NCBI GenBank assembly: GCA_965223425.1
Contig: OZ245003.1
Span: 2,208,001 to 2,272,000 of the forward strand
Source: Nitrosopumilus sp.
GTDB lineage: Archaea > Thermoproteota > Nitrososphaeria > Nitrososphaerales > Nitrosopumilaceae
Direction: 5' to 3'
Length of the DNA stretch: 64,000 nucleotides
Part shown: positions 9,486 through 19,762 of the stretch, one piece after another
Layout: each line of letters opens with the position of its first letter
How positions within the stretch are numbered: the stretch's first letter is position 1
Program-made: the position numbers and the translations under genes
The notes under the pieces: generated by a model
What the model was told of the DNA's origin: nothing
Database searches by the model: none
Seen by the model: the letters and a program-made list of their open reading frames with translations, nothing else

Positions 9486-10004
9486 CTACTTGCCATACAC
9501 GTCAGCACCGTACTCCGCATCGCGCAGCTGCTCCATGAGCGCCGTGTGCCCTGCCATCTTTTCGGCAAACGCGTTGCACAGCCTGTTGTTGACGTCAGTG
9601 CAGGCAGTGCCGGTGCTGTGTGCGGGACCCTCAAGGTAGTACCACGTGCCGTACGAGTTTTTCGTCCAGGTGTAACCGAACTGGTCAGTCCACACGTCGC
9701 TTGTCTTGTATGTCCGCACCAGCTCGTGGGTTACGGTGTCAGATGGGAGGACGGCTTGTTTCTTTGGCATTAAATTCAGGATATGGCAAGAGGGTTCCCG
9801 AATCATTCTCATTTGAGATGTGTCATCGCCTCCAGGCACATTGAAGACAACAATACTGTCATGACCGACTGCGAAAGCTATAACACCAAGCCCTGGCCGC
9901 AATTGCAGGATCCGGATACGTTGAAGATTCTCCAATCTCACCTGGCAGTTAGCCGTGCAGCTGGCCGTTCTGTCCTTGATTGGGCGGGGTGTCGTTGTTA
10001 TTGG
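9486..10004 (-). pseudogene. C-terminal remnant of a gene, truncated by IS630
   Basis: Protein-like C-terminus (WTDQFGYTWTKNSYGTWYY...CTDVNNRLC) whose upstream frame runs into the IS left end at 10005. Confidence 0.5.
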
Positions 10005-10006
10005 CG

Positions 10007-11138
10007 TAGTGAATTGGATTAACAATCGGTCACAAAACAGACAACATTGTTTTATCACAAGATCTAGATCCCAGTGTATGGCAGAATCCGCATGAAATAC
10101 AACAATTCTGCAATACCGGCAGACAGAAGGTTCCTGTCCGGCGTCTCCAGTGTGCGCCTGCGCAGCATGCACAAAAAGGAGACAGATCCCAGGGCCGCAG
10201 CAAGGCTGCTGGCATATGCCATGCGCAAGGAGGGCATGTCCATACGCCAGATATGCAGGGCCCTCAACAGGTCATATTCCACAGTACGGGACTGGCTTGT
10301 GCGCGCCGCACAGCTTGGCACCTACGGCAGGTACGACATCAAAAACAAAGGCGCGCCAAACAAGCTCGATCCGGAACAGACAAAGCAGCTGCGCGCAGAC
10401 CTGCTGGCAGGCCCGCGCAGTTGCGGGTTCGAGTCCGGAGTGTGGACGGCACCGCTGCTGGCCGCACACATCAGAAAAAAGTTCGGCGTGCAGTATGCCA
10501 CTGTCAGCATATATGACATACTGCACAGGATGGGCTTTTCGTGCAGAAAGCCGCGTCCAAAGCACCCAAAATCAGCCTCAGAATCAGAGAAAAAAGAGTT
10601 TAAAAAAAAAGCAGAGGAGATAATCCGGAGCCATCCAGACCATACGGTGATTACAGTTGATGAGGCCTCCTTTATCATTGGGTGGAATACCAAGAACGGG
10701 TGGTACCTCAAGGGCAAGCCCGTCACCACTCCAGTCAGCCTGTCGCGCAAAAGGTTCTACTCGTTTGGGGCGCTGTACGACGGCGGCTTTGACTGCAGGT
10801 TCTATGCCAAGGCCAACAGCTACAGCTTTGTGGACATGCTCGGACACCTGCATCTCAAGCACGGCAAGATCATCGTCTTTCTTGATAACGCATCATACCA
10901 CAAGTCAAAGATGGTCAATGATTTTGTCGACTCGTATGACGGCGACATAGTCCTTGTTTACTTGCCCGTGTACACCCCGGAGCTGAATACCACGGAGGGG
11001 CAGTGGAGGCTGTTAAGAAGGGCCACTGCAAACGTGATGTATGAAAGCACAAAGGTGATGAAGGAATCCATATGGACAATGCTGGATAGACGTGAGGTCA
11101 AGATAACAAGAATGAGCGGTTATTTATCCTAGTCACTA
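10007..11138 (+). mobile_element. IS630-family element A, copy 1
   Basis: Imperfect terminal IRs TAGTGAATTGGATTAACAATC / GGTTATTTATCCTAGTCACTA, flanked by CG on both sides; near-identical copies at 49903 and 56347. Confidence 0.93.
10074..11132 (+). CDS. IS630-family transposase
   Basis: HTH domains, VDEA, FLDNASYHKS, LPVYTPELNTTE DDE motifs. Confidence 0.93.
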   Translation: MYGRIRMKYNNSAIPADRRFLSGVSSVRLRSMHKKETDPRAAARLLAYAMRKEGMSIRQICRALNRSYSTVRDWLVRAAQLGTYGRYDIKNKGAPNKLDPEQTKQLRADLLAGPRSCGFESGVWTAPLLAAHIRKKFGVQYATVSIYDILHRMGFSCRKPRPKHPKSASESEKKEFKKKAEEIIRSHPDHTVITVDEASFIIGWNTKNGWYLKGKPVTTPVSLSRKRFYSFGALYDGGFDCRFYAKANSYSFVDMLGHLHLKHGKIIVFLDNASYHKSKMVNDFVDSYDGDIVLVYLPVYTPELNTTEGQWRLLRRATANVMYESTKVMKESIWTMLDRREVKITRMSGYLS

Positions 11139-11143
11139 CGTCC

Positions 11144-14100
11144 CTAGTTTAGCAGCCCGCGCTGCCCGAGGTACGACAGCGCTGCGACAAACTCCTGCGC
11201 AGTCAGGCCATCACCGCCGTCATCTGCATCGAGGAACCACTTTGCTGTCTGCTTAAAGTATGGGGGGATGCTGGTGCCCTCTATTCCGAACTGGGCTAAA
11301 AGCTGCGAGTCAGATGCGGACTGGGACGCAAATCCGCCCCACTGCTTTAGGGTGTCAAGCTGTTCTGCGGTAAAGCCCTGTCGTGGTTGTTGTGGTTGTG
11401 GTTGCTGCTTGTCTGCAGTGTCAGCTGCGGTGCCGTTGCCAGCGGTGGTGGTGGTTGTTGTGGTTGTGCCGTTGCCGCTACCAGTGGCTGGGGTGGCAGT
11501 ACTGCTGCTGCTACTGCTGCCGCCGCCTCCGCCTCCGCCACTGCTGCCGCTGCCGCCACTGCTGCTGCCGCCTTTCCTTCCCTCAGACACCACAAGGGCG
11601 TCCTCAAGGTGGATGTAAAGCGCGTTTCTGCTGGTGTCCCACAGGCGGTACAGCACGTCAGAGAGCGGGACCTTCTTGGCAAAGGTTATGGCAAACTCAA
11701 ACTGCGCCTTTGTGGCGTCGATGGCAGACGCATCCACAGTGGCGCTGGCAATAAGGCCGTGCGGATCAGTTATCCGGACGTTGCCCGAATCGTATGTCAC
11801 GTGGGTTTCCGTGCCGTCGTTGTGTATTGTCCTGCCGTTGTGGGCGACAAACATGTCGACGTGCCGCACGTTTTGCGCCCCGCCGTTCTCGTATACTGTG
11901 AGGGTGCTGAGAAGCCTCTCGCCGCTGCCTGCGCGTATCGTGGCAGTGTGGGGCGAGTCAATCGTGTCAGGGCCGTACTTTACTCCGTCGTATACCAGGG
12001 GGTACTGGCCCGCATCAAAGCCCGTGCGGATTGAGGGGGCAGAGACGTCTCCGCTGCTGCCACCGCCGGATCTGCCCACCTCGACTTTTATGATGGCAGG
12101 TTCGGCTGAGCGTCCGTCGTTGCGATCTGTGCAGGAGTACTTTATCTCGTAGGTGACGCGCTGGTCGGTCTTGATTTGGTTCCGTATATCCGATATGTCA
12201 TTTATCGTATCAATTGACGTTTGGTTGTTGCCGAACAGCAGTTGCACCTCGATTCTGTCATTAATGGTGCCTTCCTGCGGATCCGTGCAGGTGGCGTTCA
12301 AGTTTATGTTATTGATCATGTCAGATGACGCCCCAATTGGCAGGGATACGAGGTTAGGGCCGTCAAGTGCGAGCTTGGGCTTTTCTTCTGTGACTGTGAC
12401 TTCCCTGGTCAGGGTCTCTGACGTGTCTCCGTCAGAGTCCAGGCAGTGGTACGTGATGGCGTATGTGCCGGGGACGGAGGTGCGTACGGTGTCGCCGCCT
12501 GTCTTCAGTTCAGGATAGCCTTCAGCGTCGGCGTCCTCGCTGTCCGTGCAGGTGGCACCGGGATCATCGTACAGTGGATCCTCCTCCCCCGGTAGACTCT
12601 CTTTTACCGTTACTGTGGAATTGCCGTTAAGCGTAATGGTTGGTGGCGTGTTGGAAGGAGGAGAAGGTGGTGGAGGTGGTGCAATCACTGATGCCTCACC
12701 CACAGTTACCGTCTCTGTGATTGTGTGGGTGTTTGGCGGAACGGCCGAGTCAGAGACGCTGTACTGTACGGTGTAGCTTCCGACTGCAGGCTGGGTGTTG
12801 TCAATGGAGTCGATCTCGTTTTCGGCAGTGATGATGGTGGCAGCATCGCCGGTGCCGTTATAGTACCTTGTCCCCTGGTCGGTCGGAGGGCTGTCAGCCT
12901 CTATGATGTTGCCTATCGTGCCCTCCGTGTAGGTCTGGCCTTCTGTTAGGGACGTCGCAAAGTCGACTGCGTTGCCGTCTACCGTAAAGGTTGGAGGCGT
13001 GGTGTCAGGTGTACCGTCCGGTAGCTGGTTTACATTGGTTATGGTCATGGTGTGCTGTGCAGAGCCTGGAGCGTTTTTGTTGTCAGTTACATCCAGCGTG
13101 ATGACTAGCCGGGTGTCTTTTGTGACATTAGGCGCCGTAAATGATGCAGTTGCCTGAGAGGGGTTTGTTATTGTGATGGACGTGTCGTTGGTGGTCCATG
13201 CGTATGATGATATGGTGCCGTCAGTGTCTGTCGAGCCGGTCCCGTCAAGGGTTACTGTTGCTCCCTCGTCTGCGGTGGCAGGCGCGCTGATTCTCGCAGT
13301 CGGGGTGACGTTGTCATCCGGCGGTGCAGTCGCAGTAGCCACGGTTATGGTTTCCTCGATTTCAAAGTTGATCGGATTTGACACGTCGTCGCGGCCAGAG
13401 ACGGCATACGTCACGCTCCAGGTTCCCGCCTGGAGCGTTGTTCCGTTAAAGGGAACAGCAGTCTCTTGCCCTGTTGTATCGCGATACTTTGTGCTGTTGA
13501 CTGGATTCTTGATATTCGTAATGTCTAGGATTGCGTATGGCTCGTAGACATCAGAGGTGGTGATGTCAGTTGCAAAGTCGGCGATGTTCCCGTTTACGGT
13601 GAATCCGTACACGCTGACTGGCCTTGATATGGTGTCAGACCGGAGGCCGCCAGAATCCGTGCAGGAGTACGTCACCGTGTGGTTGCCAAGAACGGCCGTG
13701 TCAAGTGCGGTGGCATCCACGTCGATTCCCTCGTCTGTGCGTCCGTCCTGGCCATCAATGCAGAAGGCGCCGGGATCGGCATCTGCAAAGGCGGCTCCGG
13801 CCGGAACAAACAGTGTCAGGGGCGGCGACTTTAGCACTATGTGAGGCGGCGTGTTGTCAGTTGTGGCAGCCCGGATTGTGACTGTCACGTTGTGCTCTAC
13901 TGTGTTGCCGTCAGAGTCTGAGCAGGAGTACGTTATATCGTAGGTGCCTGCAGAGGAGGTGTCTATTTCGTCGACTGGCTGGCCTCCAGACGAGATGGCA
14001 GTTAGAATCCCGGTGTTGGTGATGTCGCCGTCTTTGTGGTCTGTGCAGGATGCTGCGGGGATGCTGTATGATGCGTTGATTGCAAGCGTGACTGCGGTGT

Positions 14101-17100
14101 CTGCGGGCGTTACTGCAAGCACGGGGGCTGCAGGACCGAAATCCCAGGTGACTGTGACGGTATTAGATGGATTGCCGGCAGCATCCGTGCAGGAGTACGT
14201 TATGGTATGGGTGCCAGCAGACGAGGTGTCCACCGTGGCAGGATCAAGGGTAATTGCAGGGGTATCGTCCCTGTTGTCCGTGCAGGATACTGCGGACTGC
14301 AGGCCGCCGCCGTCACCTGCTGCTGCAAAGCCGACATCCTGCCGTACGACATGCGTGCCGTTTGCCAGGGTGGTCACTATGCCGGGGTTTACTGCAAGCA
14401 CGGGTGGCGTGTTGTCAGGCGTGCCTACATGAAGCGTCCTGCTGGTTTCTGCGTCGTTGCCTTTAGAGTCCGAACATGTGTAGGTTATCGTGTGCTCTCC
14501 TGCGGTGTCTTGGTACCCGTCAGGGAGGGAAGAGTTGGTAAAAGTCAGATAAAATGCGGCGTTTAGAAGTTCCATCTGGGATTCGAGAGGAGCGTCAGTG
14601 CATGTGGCAGTATCATCAAATGTCTCGCCTATCTCCAGATCCACGTCGCGTGGCCCGTTTAGTCGGATTTCAGGAGGGGTTTCATCACGCAGGGCTACGG
14701 TCCTGCCCTCCTCTACGGATCCAAGCGGGGTGACACACCTGTATATTACCTCCTGCGGATCAAATGGGCGGTACTCGTTTTGGGATTGGTGGGTAAAATT
14801 AAGAACGGTATTTTCATGAAGGTTGACATCTACGCCTAGCCTCTCACCATCTACGGTCTGGTTTAGCTGCCGCAGGTACGGCAGGGTTTCATAGTCGCCG
14901 GTGTCAGTTATGTCGTTTCCGTCTGCGTCATGGCACAGGACGCCCTCGTCGGTGTACGGTTCCCCGTACGGGTGGTATAGGAAGGCATCGCCGATCAGGT
15001 GGATGTGAAGACCTGCAGGATGTCCCGCAGTAGCGGTGACAGTTGCAGTAGCTAACGCGTTGCCTGCCGCATCTGAGACGCTCCCTGCAGCGGCATCGTA
15101 CGTTACGTCAGGCGTTGCGTCACTGGGCATGACCGGTTTTTGCAGCGTCAGGGTTGCAGTGCTGCGGGTACCGTCAAGGCCGGTGACTGTAATGACTGTG
15201 TTGTAGTTGTCATTGTTGTCTCCCAGCGATACACTCCAGCCGACAAAGTCATCAGAGGCGCCGCTGCGGACAGCCTCAGAGAAGGTGACGTCTATCTGGT
15301 TTGAGGCAGGACCCGTCCTGGCAGAGACCAGCGTAGGGGCAACGCCGTCAGACAGCGTTTGGCCGACAACTGGAACCAGCGAGATGTCAGGCACGTGGGC
15401 ATCGGTAATTCCCGCGCCGATATCCACGGTGCCTGTCGCATCAGTCGCTGTTGTTGCTGTTGTTGTTGCCGTTGTATCAGAGGGGGAATATGAGACGGTG
15501 TGAGTTGCAGTCCCGGTGCCGGCCACCACACCGACTGTCTGCCCCCTGCCGTCAATTACAAGGTTGGTGTAATCGGTGCTGTTTCCGTGTACTGCCTTGT
15601 TATACACTATTTCAAACTGCGTCGCGCTGACCACGCTGGCAGACACTATAGCAGGCGTACCCACGCCTGCAAGCACCGTTACTGCCACCGTGTCACGGTC
15701 TGCGTTGCCTGTTTCGTCACTTACCGTCAGCGTGAACTCCAGTACGATGGGGGGCCCCGAGTCTGCCACTGCAGGTGCTATGAACGCCGGTTTTTGCAGG
15801 GTGTGATCATCCAGTGCCACGTTCCCCGGGCCTCCAGTCTGCTCCCACAGGTATGCCAGGGTGTCGCCGTTTGCGTCATACGAGCCGGTGCCGTCAAGGG
15901 ACACTGCCGTGTTCGTATATGCAAAGACGTCAGGGCCTGCCCTTGCCACAGGCAGGGTGTTTTGGACCTCACGCAGCCCAAATGACCCGAGCTGGTTTGG
16001 GAGGGCCCCGGGATCAAAGGGTTTGGCAGGGGGCGCCAGAGCGTACCCTTTTACTGCGGGCGTCAGGCCGGATACCGAATCAGGAAAGTCATCGCCTGCG
16101 CTCTCATCTAGCACGAACATGCTGGTGCCGTCAGCGGAGAAGGCCACGTCAGAGGGCTCAAACGGCAGTTCCACGTCAACAAAGGACAGGGAACCGGGGG
16201 GGAGGACGCTGAATACGGACGGCCCTGGGCTGAATGATCCCGCGTGTGCGGCACTTGAGATGTTCCAGGCCTCTGAAAGCGCAAACTCGTTTATGAGGTT
16301 TTTATCAGGCACTGCCACGAACATGCGGGAGCCGTCAGCGGAGAAGGCGATGCCTGCAGTGACATCTGCAGCGTCTGCCCGGGGGCCCTGCGCAGAGATG
16401 CTGTGCGGCGTCAGGAAGGCAGAGGAGGCGTTCCACGCATCAGTAAGGGAGAACTCGTGTATCTGGTCGTTGCGGTCACTTGCGATGTACATGGTGGTAC
16501 CGTCCGGCGAGAAGGCAATGCCGCGCAGATCCGTGTTGGGCCCGATGCCGGACAGGGATAAAGAGTGGGCAGTGTACGAGGAAAAGGATTCAGCAGAGGC
16601 GTTCCACGGGGAGGAGAACGCAAACTCGTGGATGACAGAGCCGTCCAGCGCGTCTGTGGCAAACAGCCTGGTGCCGTCATCAGAGAAGGCCAGGCCCGCC
16701 ATGTAAGTTTCGGGGTTCACCGTGACGGTGCTGTTGACTGGAATGGGAGGTATCAGCGATGACAGCGGGGTGGTGTATGCGTGGGATGCGCCGGATGTGT
16801 CCCACGGGGCAGGCAAACCGTATGCGTGCAGGTTGTTAAAAAAGTCAAGCACAAAAATTGTTGTGCCGTCCTTGGAGAGGGTCATGGCGACTGGAAAGTC
16901 TGCCTGCTGGCCGATCGGAACAGAGCCGGCAAGCGTGGTGCCCCCTGAGAGGTCGTTTATGGTGCCGCCTGAACCGGTGCCCGAGCCGATGGAGCCGCCC
17001 TTTTGGTATGAGACCTTTACGTCCTGGTTTCCGTGCAGCGTGCCGTTTAGGAGGAGCGTGATGCGGGAGCCGTCAACTGACACGGAGGCAGCATGCGGGG

Positions 17101-19762
17101 CAGCGTGGAGATTGTCGTCGTTATCACCTGCATGCACAGTAGCATTAACAGGCGTTACTGCTGAGGGGGCCACAGACAGCGCAAAGTCGCCGGGAGCGAC
17201 ACCGGCGTCAGCTACTGCCTCTGAAAGCCCGATGTGAATGGCAGTGGAGTTGGACGTGCGGGCAGACTTTGGTATGGGGGGCGCCATATCTATGGTTCCA
17301 TCAAAGGTCCCCGTGTGCGCGGCGTTCCCGTTGGTGTCCTCCACGCTTCCTCCGGATTCAGAATCATACGTGATGTCAGGCGGATCGGCAGTGAAGCCGT
17401 TACGCCCGGAGATGCCAAGCGTTATCTGGTTGGCGGCGCCTGCGGGATCCGAGTTGAAATGTACTGTTCCACCTCCGGCAGACAGCCCGAACCCGGAGCC
17501 GTCAGTCGCATCAGACTTTACGTCGACTGGCTCGCTGTAGGTCAGGACTATGGTGCCTGCCCCGAGCAGGGCGGCATCAACAATTACGGGTGACACCGTA
17601 TCGCGGACTGTAACCGGGCGGACCACGGGGCCTGTGTGAATGTTGGTGTCTGGATCAGTACAGTAGTAGCTGACCTCGTAGAAGCCCACGGTGAGTGCGT
17701 CAACTGGTGCGGTAAAGTTTATCACGAGGTTCTCCGGGGAGAGCGTGTCATCGCCTGCACCGTCAATGCATACGGCGCCCGGCTCGTCGTATCCGGAGCC
17801 CCACTCCACAAAGTACGGGCTGTCGCCGTTTAGCGTGATTGCGGGGGGCCTTGGATCAAATATTATTACGGTCTCAGTTATTGTGTGCGAGTTGCCAGAG
17901 GCATCAGTGACGGTGTATGTGACGTAGTAGGTTCCAGGACTGTCCGTATCTACTGCGTCGGCGTTCTCTGTGCTCTGGGTGGTCTGGTCGCGGTCAGTCA
18001 CGTTTAGGATCGTGCCTGCAACGTATATGCCCCCAAGGTTTATGGTGGTGGTATAGTCTGCGTCGTGCTCATCGACTACAAATGCGGGCTTTACGGTGTC
18101 GCGGACTGCGACTTTGCGGATCATGGTGTCGGCCCTGCTGCTGTCGCTGCCGCTGTCATCTGCTGCACAGTCGTAGATAACTTGGTACTCCCCCACGGCA
18201 AGCCTGTTGACACTGCCGCTGTTTATGATGACTTTGCTTGTTAGGTCGGTGCCGTCTGCATCATTACACGTGGCCCCGGACTCTATGTCTGTATAGTTGG
18301 CGCCGCCAAGCTCCATCTGCTGCGGGTTCACACCGAAAAGTTTGATTACTGGCGTGGTCTGGCCTGCAACAGAACTTGCCGAGATGTCTATTATCTGGAC
18401 GCCGTTGTCACCTTGTGACGCGACCAGGGCGTAGATACTGGTGCCGATAGTTACTGTGGTGATGCCTCGTGGGGCGTCAAGCACGTCAAATGTCCTGTTT
18501 GCACCGGCGATTGGAACAGTATCTCCGTCACCAAAGGAGGCTGTCGGGAAGGGGTTTGAGGAATTGGTAATGTTGATTATCTGGACGCCGTCGTCACTGG
18601 TTCCTGTAGCCAGGGCGTACGTGCTGGTGCCTATCTCTACTGTAGTGATACTATCTACGCGGTTAAGCTCGTCATATGTCCTGGTTGCATTGCCGACCAT
18701 GACGGTTTCCCCCTCACCAAAGGAGGCTGTCGGGACGGGGTTTGCGGGATCTGTAATGTCGACTATCTGAACGCCTAAGTCATTCCATGCTGCGACTAGG
18801 GCGTACGTGCTGGTACCGATAGTTACTGCGGTGATGTCATTTGCAAATGCAAGCTTGTCAAATTTCTTGGTTACATTGCCGACCATGACGGTGTCCCCTT
18901 TATCAAAGGAGGCAGTCGGAACGGGGTTTGCGGGATCTGTAATGTCGATTATCTGGACGCCGTTGTCAAGGAATGCTGCGACCAGGGCGTACGTGCTGGA
19001 GTCTATATCCACTGTGGTGATGCCTCGTGCATAGCTAAGCTCGTCAAATGTCTTGGTTGCATTGCCGACCATGACGCGATCCCCGTCACTAATGGAGGCT
19101 GTCGGGACGGGGTTTGCTGGATCTGTAATGTCGATTATCTGGACGCCGCTGTCTTCGTTTGCTGCGACCAAGGCGTACGTGCTGGAGTCTATCTTTACTG
19201 TGGTGATGTCATATCCGCCATGAAGCTCGTCAAATGTCTTGGTTTCTCCGTCGACTGTGACGGTGTCCCCGTCATCAAAGGAGGCAGTCGGAACGGGGTT
19301 TGCGGGATCTGTAATGTCGATTATCTGGACGCCTCTGCCAAAGGATGTTACGACCAGAGCGTACATGCTGGAGTCTATATCCACTGTGGTGATGCCTCGT
19401 GGGGAGTCAAGCTCGTCAAATGTCCTAGTTTCCCCGTCGACTGTGACGGTGTCCCCGTCATCAAAGGAGGCAGTCGGAACGGGGTTTGCGGGATCTGTAA
19501 TGTCGATTATCTGGACGCCTTGGTCAGTGGTTGCTACGACCAGGGCATACGTGCTGGTGCCTATCTTTACTGTGGTGATGTCATATGCTTCATCAAGCTC
19601 GTCAAATGTCTTCCCGTTGGAATGTCTCTGATCTTCAGTGATAGAGGCTACTGGAACAGGCGAATCTATCGTGGCTTCCGCAAAGGGGATGCAAAGGGGA
19701 ATCAGAAGAACAAGTGCTGTTGCTGCTGTTGCAAGCAATGGCGGTTTTATCAATCGTCGCAA
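11144..19762 (-). CDS. giant secreted surface protein/adhesin (LVIVD repeats, DUF5011/Ig-like, SwmB-like, beta-propeller, PKD-like domains)
   Basis: 2872-aa ORF with signal peptide; VQIIDITDPANPVPTAS repeats; many GATC.D...Y.C.D..GN Ig-like units; FSADG blade repeats; PVARAGPD PKD-like unit; C-terminal IPPYFKQTAKWF...EFVAALSYL resembling the thaumarchaeal surface-protein C-domain. Confidence 0.88.
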   Translation of the reverse strand: MRRLIKPPLLATAATALVLLIPLCIPFAEATIDSPVPVASITEDQRHSNGKTFDELDEAYDITTVKIGTSTYALVVATTDQGVQIIDITDPANPVPTASFDDGDTVTVDGETRTFDELDSPRGITTVDIDSSMYALVVTSFGRGVQIIDITDPANPVPTASFDDGDTVTVDGETKTFDELHGGYDITTVKIDSSTYALVAANEDSGVQIIDITDPANPVPTASISDGDRVMVGNATKTFDELSYARGITTVDIDSSTYALVAAFLDNGVQIIDITDPANPVPTASFDKGDTVMVGNVTKKFDKLAFANDITAVTIGTSTYALVAAWNDLGVQIVDITDPANPVPTASFGEGETVMVGNATRTYDELNRVDSITTVEIGTSTYALATGTSDDGVQIINITNSSNPFPTASFGDGDTVPIAGANRTFDVLDAPRGITTVTIGTSIYALVASQGDNGVQIIDISASSVAGQTTPVIKLFGVNPQQMELGGANYTDIESGATCNDADGTDLTSKVIINSGSVNRLAVGEYQVIYDCAADDSGSDSSRADTMIRKVAVRDTVKPAFVVDEHDADYTTTINLGGIYVAGTILNVTDRDQTTQSTENADAVDTDSPGTYYVTYTVTDASGNSHTITETVIIFDPRPPAITLNGDSPYFVEWGSGYDEPGAVCIDGAGDDTLSPENLVINFTAPVDALTVGFYEVSYYCTDPDTNIHTGPVVRPVTVRDTVSPVIVDAALLGAGTIVLTYSEPVDVKSDATDGSGFGLSAGGGTVHFNSDPAGAANQITLGISGRNGFTADPPDITYDSESGGSVEDTNGNAAHTGTFDGTIDMAPPIPKSARTSNSTAIHIGLSEAVADAGVAPGDFALSVAPSAVTPVNATVHAGDNDDNLHAAPHAASVSVDGSRITLLLNGTLHGNQDVKVSYQKGGSIGSGTGSGGTINDLSGGTTLAGSVPIGQQADFPVAMTLSKDGTTIFVLDFFNNLHAYGLPAPWDTSGASHAYTTPLSSLIPPIPVNSTVTVNPETYMAGLAFSDDGTRLFATDALDGSVIHEFAFSSPWNASAESFSSYTAHSLSLSGIGPNTDLRGIAFSPDGTTMYIASDRNDQIHEFSLTDAWNASSAFLTPHSISAQGPRADAADVTAGIAFSADGSRMFVAVPDKNLINEFALSEAWNISSAAHAGSFSPGPSVFSVLPPGSLSFVDVELPFEPSDVAFSADGTSMFVLDESAGDDFPDSVSGLTPAVKGYALAPPAKPFDPGALPNQLGSFGLREVQNTLPVARAGPDVFAYTNTAVSLDGTGSYDANGDTLAYLWEQTGGPGNVALDDHTLQKPAFIAPAVADSGPPIVLEFTLTVSDETGNADRDTVAVTVLAGVGTPAIVSASVVSATQFEIVYNKAVHGNSTDYTNLVIDGRGQTVGVVAGTGTATHTVSYSPSDTTATTTATTATDATGTVDIGAGITDAHVPDISLVPVVGQTLSDGVAPTLVSARTGPASNQIDVTFSEAVRSGASDDFVGWSVSLGDNNDNYNTVITVTGLDGTRSTATLTLQKPVMPSDATPDVTYDAAAGSVSDAAGNALATATVTATAGHPAGLHIHLIGDAFLYHPYGEPYTDEGVLCHDADGNDITDTGDYETLPYLRQLNQTVDGERLGVDVNLHENTVLNFTHQSQNEYRPFDPQEVIYRCVTPLGSVEEGRTVALRDETPPEIRLNGPRDVDLEIGETFDDTATCTDAPLESQMELLNAAFYLTFTNSSLPDGYQDTAGEHTITYTCSDSKGNDAETSRTLHVGTPDNTPPVLAVNPGIVTTLANGTHVVRQDVGFAAAGDGGGLQSAVSCTDNRDDTPAITLDPATVDTSSAGTHTITYSCTDAAGNPSNTVTVTWDFGPAAPVLAVTPADTAVTLAINASYSIPAASCTDHKDGDITNTGILTAISSGGQPVDEIDTSSAGTYDITYSCSDSDGNTVEHNVTVTIRAATTDNTPPHIVLKSPPLTLFVPAGAAFADADPGAFCIDGQDGRTDEGIDVDATALDTAVLGNHTVTYSCTDSGGLRSDTISRPVSVYGFTVNGNIADFATDITTSDVYEPYAILDITNIKNPVNSTKYRDTTGQETAVPFNGTTLQAGTWSVTYAVSGRDDVSNPINFEIEETITVATATAPPDDNVTPTARISAPATADEGATVTLDGTGSTDTDGTISSYAWTTNDTSITITNPSQATASFTAPNVTKDTRLVITLDVTDNKNAPGSAQHTMTITNVNQLPDGTPDTTPPTFTVDGNAVDFATSLTEGQTYTEGTIGNIIEADSPPTDQGTRYYNGTGDAATIITAENEIDSIDNTQPAVGSYTVQYSVSDSAVPPNTHTITETVTVGEASVIAPPPPPSPPSNTPPTITLNGNSTVTVKESLPGEEDPLYDDPGATCTDSEDADAEGYPELKTGGDTVRTSVPGTYAITYHCLDSDGDTSETLTREVTVTEEKPKLALDGPNLVSLPIGASSDMINNINLNATCTDPQEGTINDRIEVQLLFGNNQTSIDTINDISDIRNQIKTDQRVTYEIKYSCTDRNDGRSAEPAIIKVEVGRSGGGSSGDVSAPSIRTGFDAGQYPLVYDGVKYGPDTIDSPHTATIRAGSGERLLSTLTVYENGGAQNVRHVDMFVAHNGRTIHNDGTETHVTYDSGNVRITDPHGLIASATVDASAIDATKAQFEFAITFAKKVPLSDVLYRLWDTSRNALYIHLEDALVVSEGRKGGSSSGGSGSSGGGGGGGSSSSSSTATPATGSGNGTTTTTTTTAGNGTAADTADKQQPQPQQPRQGFTAEQLDTLKQWGGFASQSASDSQLLAQFGIEGTSIPPYFKQTAKWFLDADDGGDGLTAQEFVAALSYLGQRGLLN
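18380..19640 (-). repeat. about seven tandem ~180-186-bp LVIVD-coding repeats
   Basis: Recurrent GGATCTGTAATGTCGATTATCTGGACGCC and AAGCTCGTCAAATGTC blocks. Confidence 0.9.

Noticed and set aside
18380-19640. Diversity-generating retroelement (TR/VR)
   Set aside because: No reverse transcriptase in the window; repeats are in-frame tandem units, and I saw no adenine-specific mismatch pattern.
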